A stretch of 25,742 nt of DNA from a virus (taxonomy: Duplodnaviria; Caudoviricetes). The notes under the pieces are model-generated. The model had not been told where the DNA came from. It searched no databases and saw nothing but the letters and a program-made list of their open reading frames with translations. Below, in pieces: positions 17,783 to 25,742 of the stretch. The DNA is taken from positions 1-25,742 of the IMG/VR virus record IMGVR_UViG_3300048575_000447; one strand, 5' to 3'. Position numbers and translations under genes: made by a program. Each line of letters starts with the position of its first letter. Positions within the stretch are counted from its first letter, which is position 1.

Positions 17783-17876
17783 CGGATTGCCTAAACCTTG
17801 GGCCGTTTTGCCACTGGATCAAATGCTGAAAACTGACTTGGATTGGCCAACGCCCCCTCCAAATAGGAACCCTTAG

Positions 17877-18512
17877 TTGGCCAAGATCGTCCTCACGGTC
17901 GGTGGCTACGTCCTCGGCAACCTGCTGCTGCCGGGATTGGGCGGCGCGATCGGCGGCCTGGTCGGAGGCTATGTCGGTGGCATCGTCGATCAGCAGCTGT
18001 TCGGAGGAACGCCCAGCCAGACGGTCTACGGCGCGCGCATGCAGGACCTGCGAGTGCAGTCCTCGAGTTATGGCGCCGTCATCCCGACGCTCTATGGCAA
18101 GGGTCGGCTCTCCTCGAACATCTTATGGATGCGCGGGTTCGATGAGGTCGTCCGCACCGAAACGCAGACGGTCGGCGGCGGCGGCAAGGGCGGCGGTGGC
18201 GGTGGAAGCCAGACCGTCACCAACGTGAGCTATCATTATTACGCTGACATCGCGGTCGGTCTGTGCGCCGGGCCGATCGCGGCGGTGAACCGTGTGTTCG
18301 CGGATGGCAACGCCTTCGAAGACGACAAGGTCGGCGAGATGCGCGTCTACCTCGGAGACGCCGCGCAATCGCCCGATCCGCTGATCCAGGCTGTCGAAGG
18401 CGCCGATCGAACGCCGGCCTATCGTGGGCTCGCGTATGTCGTGATGGAGCAGCTCTACATTACGCCGTTCGGCAACCGTCTTCCCAACCTGACGTTCGAA
18501 CTCGAGACCTGA
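17877..18512 (+). CDS. Stand-alone paralogue of the megatron N-terminal module (211 aa)
   Basis: TTG start with AGGA RBS; colinear over its whole length with residues ~1-212 of the next gene (YVGGIVDQQLFG, EVVRTET.TVGGGGKGGGGG, YHYYAD, PDPLIQAVEG, RGLAYVV). Confidence 0.85.
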   Translation: MAKIVLTVGGYVLGNLLLPGLGGAIGGLVGGYVGGIVDQQLFGGTPSQTVYGARMQDLRVQSSSYGAVIPTLYGKGRLSSNILWMRGFDEVVRTETQTVGGGGKGGGGGGSQTVTNVSYHYYADIAVGLCAGPIAAVNRVFADGNAFEDDKVGEMRVYLGDAAQSPDPLIQAVEGADRTPAYRGLAYVVMEQLYITPFGNRLPNLTFELET

Positions 18513-18516
18513 AACG

Positions 18517-21500
18517 GTGGCGCAGCTCGTTCTGACGCTCGCCGGTGGCGTGCTCGGCGGCGGCATCGGTGGCGGTCTCGGGCAGTCGCTGGGAGCGCTA
18601 TTCGGCGCTTATGTCGGCGGCATCGTCGATCAGCAGCTGTTCGGGCCCCAGCAGGATCGCAAAGCGGTCGAGGGCGCCCGCGTCACCGACGTCAGCCTGT
18701 CGGGCTCGGCTTATGGCCAGACGATTCCCACGATCTGGGGCCGCATGCGCGTTCCCGCCAACATCGTCTGGCTGCGCGGCATCCGCGAGGTGGTGCGGAC
18801 CGAAACCGAGACGGTCGGCGGCGGCGGCAAAGGAGGTGGAGGCGGAAGCGCCGCGCAGACGATCACGCGGACGACCTATCATTACTACGCCGACGTCGCG
18901 CTCGGCATCTGCGAAGGGCCGGTCACGTCGATTTATCGCATCTGGCTCGATAAGACGCCGATCGATCCCGAGCATGTCGACGAGATCCGGCTCTACTATG
19001 GAGACGAGAGCCAAGGGCCGGATCCGCTGATCCAGGCGGTCGAGGGAAGTGACAAAACGTCGGCGCTGCGGGGCCTTGCCTATGTCGTCCTGGAGAACCT
19101 CTACCTCACGCCATATGGCAATCACTTCCCGAATTTCGAGATCGAGGTCTATCGCGGCTCGCGGCCGGAGGTCGCCGACGCCCGGCATCTGGTGCGAAGC
19201 GTCTGCGTCATTCCGGCGAGCGGCGAATGGGCCTACGAGCCCACCATCGTGCGCAGCCGCGTCCGTAACGCCAACATCAACAGCAATGCCGGGCGGAAGG
19301 CTTCAGATTTCGCGGTATCGATCGAGGGCCTTAAGCGCGAGGTGCCGAATGTCGAGTGGGTGAGCTTGGTCTATGCCTGGTTCGGAACATCGCTCGACGT
19401 CGGCACCTGCTCGATCCGACCGGAGGCAGAATATTCGATCTATCCGGACCGTCTGCCGGACACGGCGCCCTACACCTGGTCGGTGATGGGCATGGGGCGC
19501 CCGGTGGTCGGCGGTGGAGGCCCCGCCTGGCCGCTGGTGTCATTCTTCACCAAGCCCGACGGTTCGATGGGACTCTATTACGGTGGGACCATCAGCGACG
19601 GCTCGATCGTGCGCGCGATCGAGCACTTGCATAGTCTTGGCTACAAGGTAGCGCTCTATCCATTCCTGATGATAGATATCCCACCGCCCGACCCATCGCC
19701 TTTTCCATGGCGAGGCCGGATCGGCGGCGCATCCGCGAACGTCGCTGGCTTTTTCGAGCGGCCCGACGGGTATCTTCGCTTTGTTCGTCACGGCATGTCG
19801 CTCGCCGAGGACGCGGGCGGCGTCGACGGCTTCGTCATCGGCTCCGAGATGGTCGCGCTCAACAGAATCCGGGATGGTGCCGGGGCATATCCGGCAGTGT
19901 CTTACTGGCAGACGATCGCCAGCGAGGCGAAGACCCGCTTGGGTACCGATTGCGTCGTTACCTACGCCGCGGACTGGTCGGAATACCGCTACAACGATCG
20001 CGGCGGCGCCAATGTCGACTTTCCGCTCGATGCGCTCTGGGCTGACGCGAACATCGATGTGGTCGGGATCGACGCTTATTTTCCGCTCACCGACGTGCCG
20101 CGCGCGATTTATGACAAGGCGACGATCGCAGCAGGTTGGAATTCGGGCGAACTGATCGACTATTTCTATGCGACGCAGGCGGATCGTGACCTCGAGCGGC
20201 GCGGCTTCGATCCGCAACGCTCCGCGATCGACGACCGTTTCTACGCGATCAAAGACATTCGCTTCTGGTGGGAAAACGAGCACGTTCCCCGCGTCGGTGG
20301 AACGCCGATTCGACCGCCGACGGCTTGGGTGCCGCGCTCGAAGCCGATCTGGTTCACTGAGTATGGCGTTCCTTCGGTGAACTGCGCCACCAACCAGCCA
20401 AACGTCTTCATCGATCCCAAATCGAGTGAGAGCTTCGCGCCTTATTATTCGAACCGCGCCGTCGATCGCGTGGTGCAGCGCGCGGCAATCGAGGCGACGG
20501 AGGAATTCTGGTCCGATCCGGCGAACAATCCGGTCTCTCCGCTGAATGGCCGCGCAATGGTCGAGCGACGCTTCGTCTGGTGCTGGGACGCGAGGCCTTA
20601 TCCGTTCTTTCCGGCGCTAACGAACGTCTGGTCGGACGGCGAGAATTTCCGGCTTGGTCATTGGATAGAAGGAAAGATCGGCAACATGCTGCTCTCGGAA
20701 ATCGTCCGGGATCTTTGCCTGCGCGCGGGCCTGACCGAGGACGATTTCGACGTTTCGGCGCTCGACGACGAGGTGGTCGGTTACGTCGTGACGGAACGAA
20801 AACCGATCCGCGACATGATCGGCGTGCTGCAGACCGCCTACTTCTTCGATGCCTTCGAGAGCGACGGCAAACTCGTCTTCGTCAAGCGCGGTGCCGGGAC
20901 GCCGATCGTGATCGATGCAAACGATCTAGGTGCCAGCGAGAATGACGGCGACCGATCGCGCATCAAAATCGAGCGCACACAGGACACCGAGCTGCCGATC
21001 GCAATCGATATTGTCCATCTCGACGAGGCGCGGGACTATCAGTCCTCGACCGCGACGGTTCGCAAGCAGGTTGGACGTTCCGAATCGGTCACGACCATCA
21101 GCCTGCCGATTGTGCTTTCCATCGAGCAGGCGCAAGCCATTGGCCAGCGTGCGCTACGCGAGATATGGCAGGGCCGCGAAGCCGTTGATATCCGTCTGCC
21201 CACCCGGGCGGTCCGGCTCGACGCCACGGATCTGATCGAGGTGCCGGTGGACGGCGTCTATCGCCGCATCCGCGCGACCTCCGTTACTTATGGCAAGCCC
21301 GGGCTCGTGCTGTTGCGGGGCATCGCGACCGACGGCGGCATCCCGGAATTCTATACGGCGCCCACGGGAAGCGGCGCCATTCCACCGTCCGCGGCGGAGC
21401 CTGTCGCGCCGGTGCGCGTCGAATTACTCGACATGCCGATCATGATGGATTCGCACGAAGCGTCGGCGCCGAGTTTCTACATGGCTTCATGTCCGGTCGG

Positions 21501-22344
21501 GGTCGGCCGCTTTCGCGGCACCAGCCTGTTTCAGCCGACGGCGGACGGGCTTGATTATGTAGTGGCGTCGGTCGCCGGACTGCCTTCCGTCATAGGGCAG
21601 ACCGTGACGACGCTCGCGATCGGGCCGGCCTGGCGGTGGGATCGCGTCAACACGGTCGAGGTACAACTCGACTACGGCAGCTTGCAGAGCCTGGCCGACG
21701 AAAGGGTACTGGCGGGCGCTAACGCGGCGCTGGTCGGTGACGAGATCGTCCAGTTCGGCCAGGCCGAACTGATCGGCGAAGGTCGATACCGGCTGAGCCG
21801 GCTGTTGCGCGGCCAGCGCGGCACCGAGCACGAGATCATCTCGCATCCGACGGCGAGTCGATTCGTTCTACTGGATCCCTCTAGGCAACCCCGGCCCACC
21901 TTCGGCGTGTCACGGATTGGCTCCTCCATTGCGTGGCGGTTCGCGCCTGTTCCACAAGGTCCGGCCGGCGATCTCTCCGAAGAGCTGATCTTCACCGATA
22001 CCGGGCGGGGCTTGCGGCCCTTCGCGCCGGTCCATCTGCGGGCACGACGCGATACAGTCTCCGGCGACGTCGATCTTTCCTGGATCCGGCGCACCCGACT
22101 CGGTGGAGATGCCTGGCTGAGTGAAGTGCCGCTCGGCGAGGAGGCCGAGGCCTACGACCTGCTGGTTATGAGCGGATTGACGGTGGTGCGCACTACGCGG
22201 GTTACGGCGCCGGCGCAGCTTTACACCGCTGCTCAGCAGATGGCCGATTTCGGCAGCCTGCCTGCATCAATCGCTTGGCAGGTGGCGCAAGTCTCGCGCG
22301 TCTACGGCCGCGGCATCGCCTCAGAACAAACCTCCATCCTCTAA
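18517..22344 (+). CDS. Baseplate multidomain megatron/host-specificity protein with GTA TIM-barrel domain (RcGTA gp15-like)
   Basis: IPASGEWAY, FPWRGRI, FVIGSEM, YAADWSEY, SKPIWFTEYG, WDARPYP, LGHWIEG, LLRGQRGTE, WIRRTR. Confidence 0.93.
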   Translation: MAQLVLTLAGGVLGGGIGGGLGQSLGALFGAYVGGIVDQQLFGPQQDRKAVEGARVTDVSLSGSAYGQTIPTIWGRMRVPANIVWLRGIREVVRTETETVGGGGKGGGGGSAAQTITRTTYHYYADVALGICEGPVTSIYRIWLDKTPIDPEHVDEIRLYYGDESQGPDPLIQAVEGSDKTSALRGLAYVVLENLYLTPYGNHFPNFEIEVYRGSRPEVADARHLVRSVCVIPASGEWAYEPTIVRSRVRNANINSNAGRKASDFAVSIEGLKREVPNVEWVSLVYAWFGTSLDVGTCSIRPEAEYSIYPDRLPDTAPYTWSVMGMGRPVVGGGGPAWPLVSFFTKPDGSMGLYYGGTISDGSIVRAIEHLHSLGYKVALYPFLMIDIPPPDPSPFPWRGRIGGASANVAGFFERPDGYLRFVRHGMSLAEDAGGVDGFVIGSEMVALNRIRDGAGAYPAVSYWQTIASEAKTRLGTDCVVTYAADWSEYRYNDRGGANVDFPLDALWADANIDVVGIDAYFPLTDVPRAIYDKATIAAGWNSGELIDYFYATQADRDLERRGFDPQRSAIDDRFYAIKDIRFWWENEHVPRVGGTPIRPPTAWVPRSKPIWFTEYGVPSVNCATNQPNVFIDPKSSESFAPYYSNRAVDRVVQRAAIEATEEFWSDPANNPVSPLNGRAMVERRFVWCWDARPYPFFPALTNVWSDGENFRLGHWIEGKIGNMLLSEIVRDLCLRAGLTEDDFDVSALDDEVVGYVVTERKPIRDMIGVLQTAYFFDAFESDGKLVFVKRGAGTPIVIDANDLGASENDGDRSRIKIERTQDTELPIAIDIVHLDEARDYQSSTATVRKQVGRSESVTTISLPIVLSIEQAQAIGQRALREIWQGREAVDIRLPTRAVRLDATDLIEVPVDGVYRRIRATSVTYGKPGLVLLRGIATDGGIPEFYTAPTGSGAIPPSAAEPVAPVRVELLDMPIMMDSHEASAPSFYMASCPVGVGRFRGTSLFQPTADGLDYVVASVAGLPSVIGQTVTTLAIGPAWRWDRVNTVEVQLDYGSLQSLADERVLAGANAALVGDEIVQFGQAELIGEGRYRLSRLLRGQRGTEHEIISHPTASRFVLLDPSRQPRPTFGVSRIGSSIAWRFAPVPQGPAGDLSEELIFTDTGRGLRPFAPVHLRARRDTVSGDVDLSWIRRTRLGGDAWLSEVPLGEEAEAYDLLVMSGLTVVRTTRVTAPAQLYTAAQQMADFGSLPASIAWQVAQVSRVYGRGIASEQTSIL

Positions 22345-22353
22345 GGACGTCCC

Positions 22354-23685
22354 ATGCCGACACCCAACTTGGGCCTGCCGCAGCTCGCGGCAGACCAGGC
22401 GCAAAAACACGTGCCGGTGAATGAGGCGCTGCTCGACCTCGACGCGCTCGTGCAGCTCTCGGTCCTCGATCGAAGCCTGTCGGCTCCGCCCGGCTCGCCT
22501 GTCGGAGGCGCGCGGTACATCGTGGCGGCGAGTCCCACCGGCGCCTGGGCGACACATGCGGATCATATCGCGGTCTGGCTCGATAATGCCTGGCGCTTTT
22601 TCACACCAGGGACCGGCTGGCTCGCCTGGGTGGTCGATGAGGCGGCACTGCTGGCCTGGAACGGGTCTGCCTGGGTCGATGCTCTGTCGGCGGTCTCGGC
22701 GATCCAGAACTTGGCGCTGCTCGGCATCCGCACGACCGCGGATACCAGCAATCGCCTCGCCGTGAAATCCAACGGGGTGCTGTTCAGCCATGACGATGTC
22801 ACGCCCGGGACGGGAGATATCCGAGCGACCTTAAACAAGAGCGCCGCCGGCAAGGATGGCGGCTTCACGTTTCAGGATGCCTTCAGCACGCGCGCTCTCT
22901 TCGGCCTGCTCGGCGACGACGATTTCAGCGTCAAGGTGAGCCCGGACGGCTCGACTTTCTATCTTGGCATCTCAATCGATAAGGACACTGGCCACATCGG
23001 ACTGGGCGGAGCGGTTGCCGACGCTCTTAATACACTGATCGTCAAGGGCACCGCATTCCTCTTCGACCGCGAAACCGACGATGTCCGCTTCACCTTCAAC
23101 AAGGCGGCTGCGGGCGACGATGTCGCGCTCACCTTCCAGACCAACTATTCGGCGCGCGCTCTGGTCGGCCTCCTAGGCGATGATGATTTCACGTTCAAGG
23201 TCTCGCCGGACGGCTCGACCTATTACACCGGGTTCGTGCTCGACAAGGACAATGGCCAATTCAAGATTCCGATCGCACCAAAATTCTCCGCCTATACGAA
23301 TTTCGACAACTACATCGCAGCGAATACTTGGACCAAGATCCAGTTCAACAACGCCGACTCTAACGACCAGAGCGTTTTCAGCGGCGGCAGCAATAATTTC
23401 ACGGCACCATTCGCCGGGCCATACGCACTTGGCTTTTCGTTGCGGTTCAAAGCCAACGCTACTGTGCCGACGAAGGTGATCGCAACCTTCTACAAGAACG
23501 GCGCTGAGCTCGGCCGCGGCCGCGCGATCTCCGGTGCGCCGACCGACGACGTCACGACCTACAATCTCACGGTCCTTATTCCATTGGCAGCAAATGACGT
23601 GATCGATGTCCGCGTCAATTTCGCGACCAACGACGGCTACATCGAAAGCGACCACTCACACTTCTGGGGCCACTACGTCCCCTAA
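22354..23685 (+). CDS. DUF2793-domain tail fibre/receptor-binding protein with C1q-like C-terminus
   Basis: TPNLGLP...QAQKHVPVNEAL..LDAL, YIV...TGAW; two GLLGDDDF..KVSPDGS repeats; tip PKFSAY...FTAPFAGPY. Confidence 0.85.
   Translation: MPTPNLGLPQLAADQAQKHVPVNEALLDLDALVQLSVLDRSLSAPPGSPVGGARYIVAASPTGAWATHADHIAVWLDNAWRFFTPGTGWLAWVVDEAALLAWNGSAWVDALSAVSAIQNLALLGIRTTADTSNRLAVKSNGVLFSHDDVTPGTGDIRATLNKSAAGKDGGFTFQDAFSTRALFGLLGDDDFSVKVSPDGSTFYLGISIDKDTGHIGLGGAVADALNTLIVKGTAFLFDRETDDVRFTFNKAAAGDDVALTFQTNYSARALVGLLGDDDFTFKVSPDGSTYYTGFVLDKDNGQFKIPIAPKFSAYTNFDNYIAANTWTKIQFNNADSNDQSVFSGGSNNFTAPFAGPYALGFSLRFKANATVPTKVIATFYKNGAELGRGRAISGAPTDDVTTYNLTVLIPLAANDVIDVRVNFATNDGYIESDHSHFWGHYVP
22750..23270 (+). 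repeat. Internal tandem duplication (~90 aa unit) in the fibre gene
   Basis: FQDAFSTRALFGLLGDDDFSVKVSPDGSTFY versus FQTNYSARALVGLLGDDDFTFKVSPDGSTYY; boundaries approximate. Confidence 0.85.
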
Positions 23686-23713
23686 AGAACAAACGCACCA
23701 AAAACCGCAACGC

Positions 23714-23740
23714 AAGCCGCCCCTTCCGGGCGGCTTTTTC
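23714..23740 (+). terminator. Rho-independent terminator between fibre and lysis genes
   Basis: AAGCCGCCC-CTTCC-GGGCGGCTT then TTTC. Confidence 0.8.
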
Positions 23741-23754
23741 ATTGGAGGATGCTC

Positions 23755-24564
23755 ATGGCGGCTTCGACCTACGACGAGGCGCTGCGGCGCGTGCTGGCGC
23801 ACGAGGGCGGCTACACCAACCACCCATCCGACCCGGGCGGCCCGACGAATTACGGGATCACAATTGTCGACTATCGCAAATACGTGAAGCCGAACGCCAC
23901 GGCGGCGGACGTCCGCGTGATGAAGCTCGACGAGGCGAAATCGATTTATCGCGCGAAATACTGGGCTGCCCAGCGCTGCGACGAGCTCCCGCCTGGTGTC
24001 GACGACAGCGTCTTCGACTACGGCGTTAATTCTGGGATCGGCCGCTCTGGCAAAGTCCTGCGCCGTGTTGTCGGGCTTCCCGACAACACCAGCGTCGTGA
24101 CCGACGAAGTGCTTAAGGCGGTCGCGAAGCGCGACGTGAAAGCCATCGTTGTCGCGATCAATGACGAACGGCTGCGGTTCCTCAAAGGGCTGAAGACCTG
24201 GCCGGTGTTCGGCGCGGGTTGGAGCCGACGCGTCGCTGAGGTGAAAGCGTTTTCGCTCAGCCTCGCCGAGCGCTCGGTCGCGGCTCCAGGGCAGCGGCGC
24301 GCAGCGGCCGCAACGGAAGCGCCAGCCAAGGGCGTGGTCCCTCCGCCGAAGGCGCTCAAAGGACTCATCACCAAGGGAATACCCGCCGGTGGCGCAGCCG
24401 GGGGTCTCAGTTTCTGGGAGTGGATCACCGCCCACCCCTACGAGTCTGGCGTCATCGTTCTCTTCAGCGCAGGCGCGGTCGGCGGCGCCGTGTACGCGCT
24501 CAACGGCTGGCACCAGACGCGCCAAGAGGCGCCCACGCCCAATCTCACCCCCGTCTCGATCTGA
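23755..24564 (+). CDS. Endolysin, glycoside hydrolase family 108, with PG-binding region and hydrophobic C-terminal extension
   Basis: HEGGYTNHPSDPGGPTNYGIT, FDYGVNSG, FGAGWSRRV; GGAGG RBS favours ATG 23755. Confidence 0.92.
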   Translation: MAASTYDEALRRVLAHEGGYTNHPSDPGGPTNYGITIVDYRKYVKPNATAADVRVMKLDEAKSIYRAKYWAAQRCDELPPGVDDSVFDYGVNSGIGRSGKVLRRVVGLPDNTSVVTDEVLKAVAKRDVKAIVVAINDERLRFLKGLKTWPVFGAGWSRRVAEVKAFSLSLAERSVAAPGQRRAAAATEAPAKGVVPPPKALKGLITKGIPAGGAAGGLSFWEWITAHPYESGVIVLFSAGAVGGAVYALNGWHQTRQEAPTPNLTPVSI

Positions 24565-24578
24565 AAGAGGAGCACACC

Positions 24579-24965
24579 ATGCTGACGTTCGTTCTGATCT
24601 TCGCGACCGTTCTCGCGGTCTACTGGTTTTGGATTCGGCCGATTCTGAAGTCCCGCCCCGAACTGCGCGAGCTTTACCAGCAGGAGGAGAGCTTCTTCGT
24701 CGCCCTGCGTGAGAAGCTCAAAGGCATTAAGCAGAAGCTCTCCTCTGTTTTGGTGATCGCGGCGAGCGCCGCGGTCAGCGGCTACGACTTTTTTGCCCCA
24801 ATTGTCAGCGGCGTCGACGTGAGTTCGCTGACAGCCCAGGTCCCCTCATGGGCTTGGCCCCTGGTGCTTATCTCGTTGACCGCGCTCTTTCAGTTCCTCC
24901 GAAATCTCGCCGACAAGCGGCACCAATCCGATCTCATCGAAGCCTCGCCAGTTGGCAGGGAATAG
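24579..24965 (+). CDS. Lysis-cassette membrane protein (holin/antiholin candidate)
   Basis: GAGGAG RBS; 128 aa with about three hydrophobic segments; follows the endolysin. Confidence 0.6.
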   Translation: MLTFVLIFATVLAVYWFWIRPILKSRPELRELYQQEESFFVALREKLKGIKQKLSSVLVIAASAAVSGYDFFAPIVSGVDVSSLTAQVPSWAWPLVLISLTALFQFLRNLADKRHQSDLIEASPVGRE

Positions 24966-24967
24966 CC

Positions 24968-25357
24968 ATGTGGACCTGGCTTGCCAGCCTCATTGGCGGG
25001 CCGGTGATCAACGGACTGATCAACGCCTACAAAACCAAACTCGATGCCGCCAACACGCAGGACCGGATCGCGGCCGACCTCGCGGCGAAGGAAATCGAGG
25101 CGGAGATTGAAGCGCACAAACAAGCGTCCGCCATCATCATTGCGGAGCAGGGACGCTGGTATACGGCCATCATCCGTCCGCTGCTGGCGCTGCCGATCAT
25201 CATCTATCTCTGGAAGGTGATCGTCTGGGACAAGGTGCTGGGCCTGGGCAGCACCGATCCCCTCACTGGAATGATCGCGGATTGGGCCGGCACGATCCTG
25301 ACCGCGTATGTCGGTGGTCGATCCATCGAAAAGGTCGCGCGCATCCTGCGTCGGTAG
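24968..25357 (+). CDS. Probable holin (GTA 3TM holin-like)
   Basis: WYTAIIRPLLALP, VWDKVLG, YVGGRSIEK plus basic tail, resembling the RP...GGRS.EK signature. Confidence 0.7.
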   Translation: MWTWLASLIGGPVINGLINAYKTKLDAANTQDRIAADLAAKEIEAEIEAHKQASAIIIAEQGRWYTAIIRPLLALPIIIYLWKVIVWDKVLGLGSTDPLTGMIADWAGTILTAYVGGRSIEKVARILRR

Positions 25358-25391
25358 CGGCGCTGCTTTCCCCAACCGGGATCCCCATTAA

Positions 25392-25742
25392 ATGCCGAAT
25401 AGATTGGACGAGATCAGCCGAGTCATCGGCAACATCGAGGCCGAGGTGAGCAATCTTTCCGCATCGGTCGCGGACGTGCGCCGCTCGGCTGCGGAGCAGC
25501 ACCGCGAAAACCGAGAGAAGCTCGAAAGCATCAGCCAGCGCGTCGAGAAGATCGAGGCCGACATGAAGCCGCTTGGAAGGACCGTTGCGACGATGGAGCC
25601 GATCGTTGCCGGCTACGCAGTGACGCGCTGGAAGATCGCGGGAGCCTTTGCGCTTGGCACCAGCATCATTACCGCGCTCGGGTGGGTTGTTTCCTTGTTC
25701 GCCGGCAAGATCGTAACTTGGGTCGTCTCATTGTTCCGGTGA
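25392..25742 (+). CDS. Coiled-coil protein with C-terminal TM segment (lysis-associated, function unknown)
   Basis: Heptad-rich N-terminus, hydrophobic IAGAFALGTSIITALGWVVSLF; stop at the window end. Confidence 0.65.
   Translation: MPNRLDEISRVIGNIEAEVSNLSASVADVRRSAAEQHRENREKLESISQRVEKIEADMKPLGRTVATMEPIVAGYAVTRWKIAGAFALGTSIITALGWVVSLFAGKIVTWVVSLFR

Larger units (their letters stand above)
1..25742 (+). mobile_element. Prophage/temperate siphophage structural and lysis region (lambda-like head, GTA-like tail tip); boundaries lie outside the window
   Basis: Co-oriented terminase-portal-protease-capsid-tail-TMP-baseplate-fibre-endolysin-holin gene order. Confidence 0.95.

Noticed and set aside
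14105-17876. Cargo as IS/transposon or integron cassettes
   Set aside because: No transposase, terminal inverted repeats, target duplications or attC-like sites recognised at the junctions.
18505-18520. Megatron split by a frameshift (pseudogene) or stop readthrough
   Set aside because: The downstream gene has its own complete N-terminus, so the upstream ORF is a duplicate rather than a fragment, and the frames differ.
17877-19160. Diversity-generating retroelement TR/VR pair in the megatron duplication
   Set aside because: Differences are not adenine-specific, both copies are coding, and no reverse transcriptase is present in the window.
13517-22344. Bona fide gene transfer agent cluster
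   Set aside because: The head module is lambda-type with GpA terminase, the TMP is long, and lysis and fibre genes are linked; this fits a prophage.
22860-23270. DGR or shufflon in the fibre repeats
   Set aside because: Direct in-frame protein repeats with many synonymous changes; no invertase or inverted crossover sites.

Overview
This window is the virion morphogenesis and lysis arm of a GC-rich, probably alphaproteobacterial, temperate siphophage or prophage, almost all on the + strand. A lambda-type head module (terminase small and GpA large subunits, gpW-like, portal, S49 protease with nested scaffold, decoration protein, capsid E) is followed by neck and tail genes, a -1 frameshifted tail chaperone pair missing from the ORF track, and a 1039-aa tape measure. 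Next come an RcGTA-type baseplate (DUF2460, DUF2163, NlpC/P60, megatron), a DUF2793 fibre with a C1q-like tip, and a GH108 lysis cassette. Three things stand out. (1) Two antisense metal/redox cargo insertions (a DmeF-like CDF exporter; glutaredoxin-MauE plus DUF305) sit at gene boundaries inside the baseplate operon without disrupting an ORF. (2) A free-standing 211-aa paralogue of the megatron N-terminus lies directly upstream of the full megatron. (3) The lysis cassette has a membrane-tailed endolysin and no recognisable spanins. All family assignments are from motif recognition and synteny; no searches were run. No integrase, att site, RNA gene or CRISPR array was seen.
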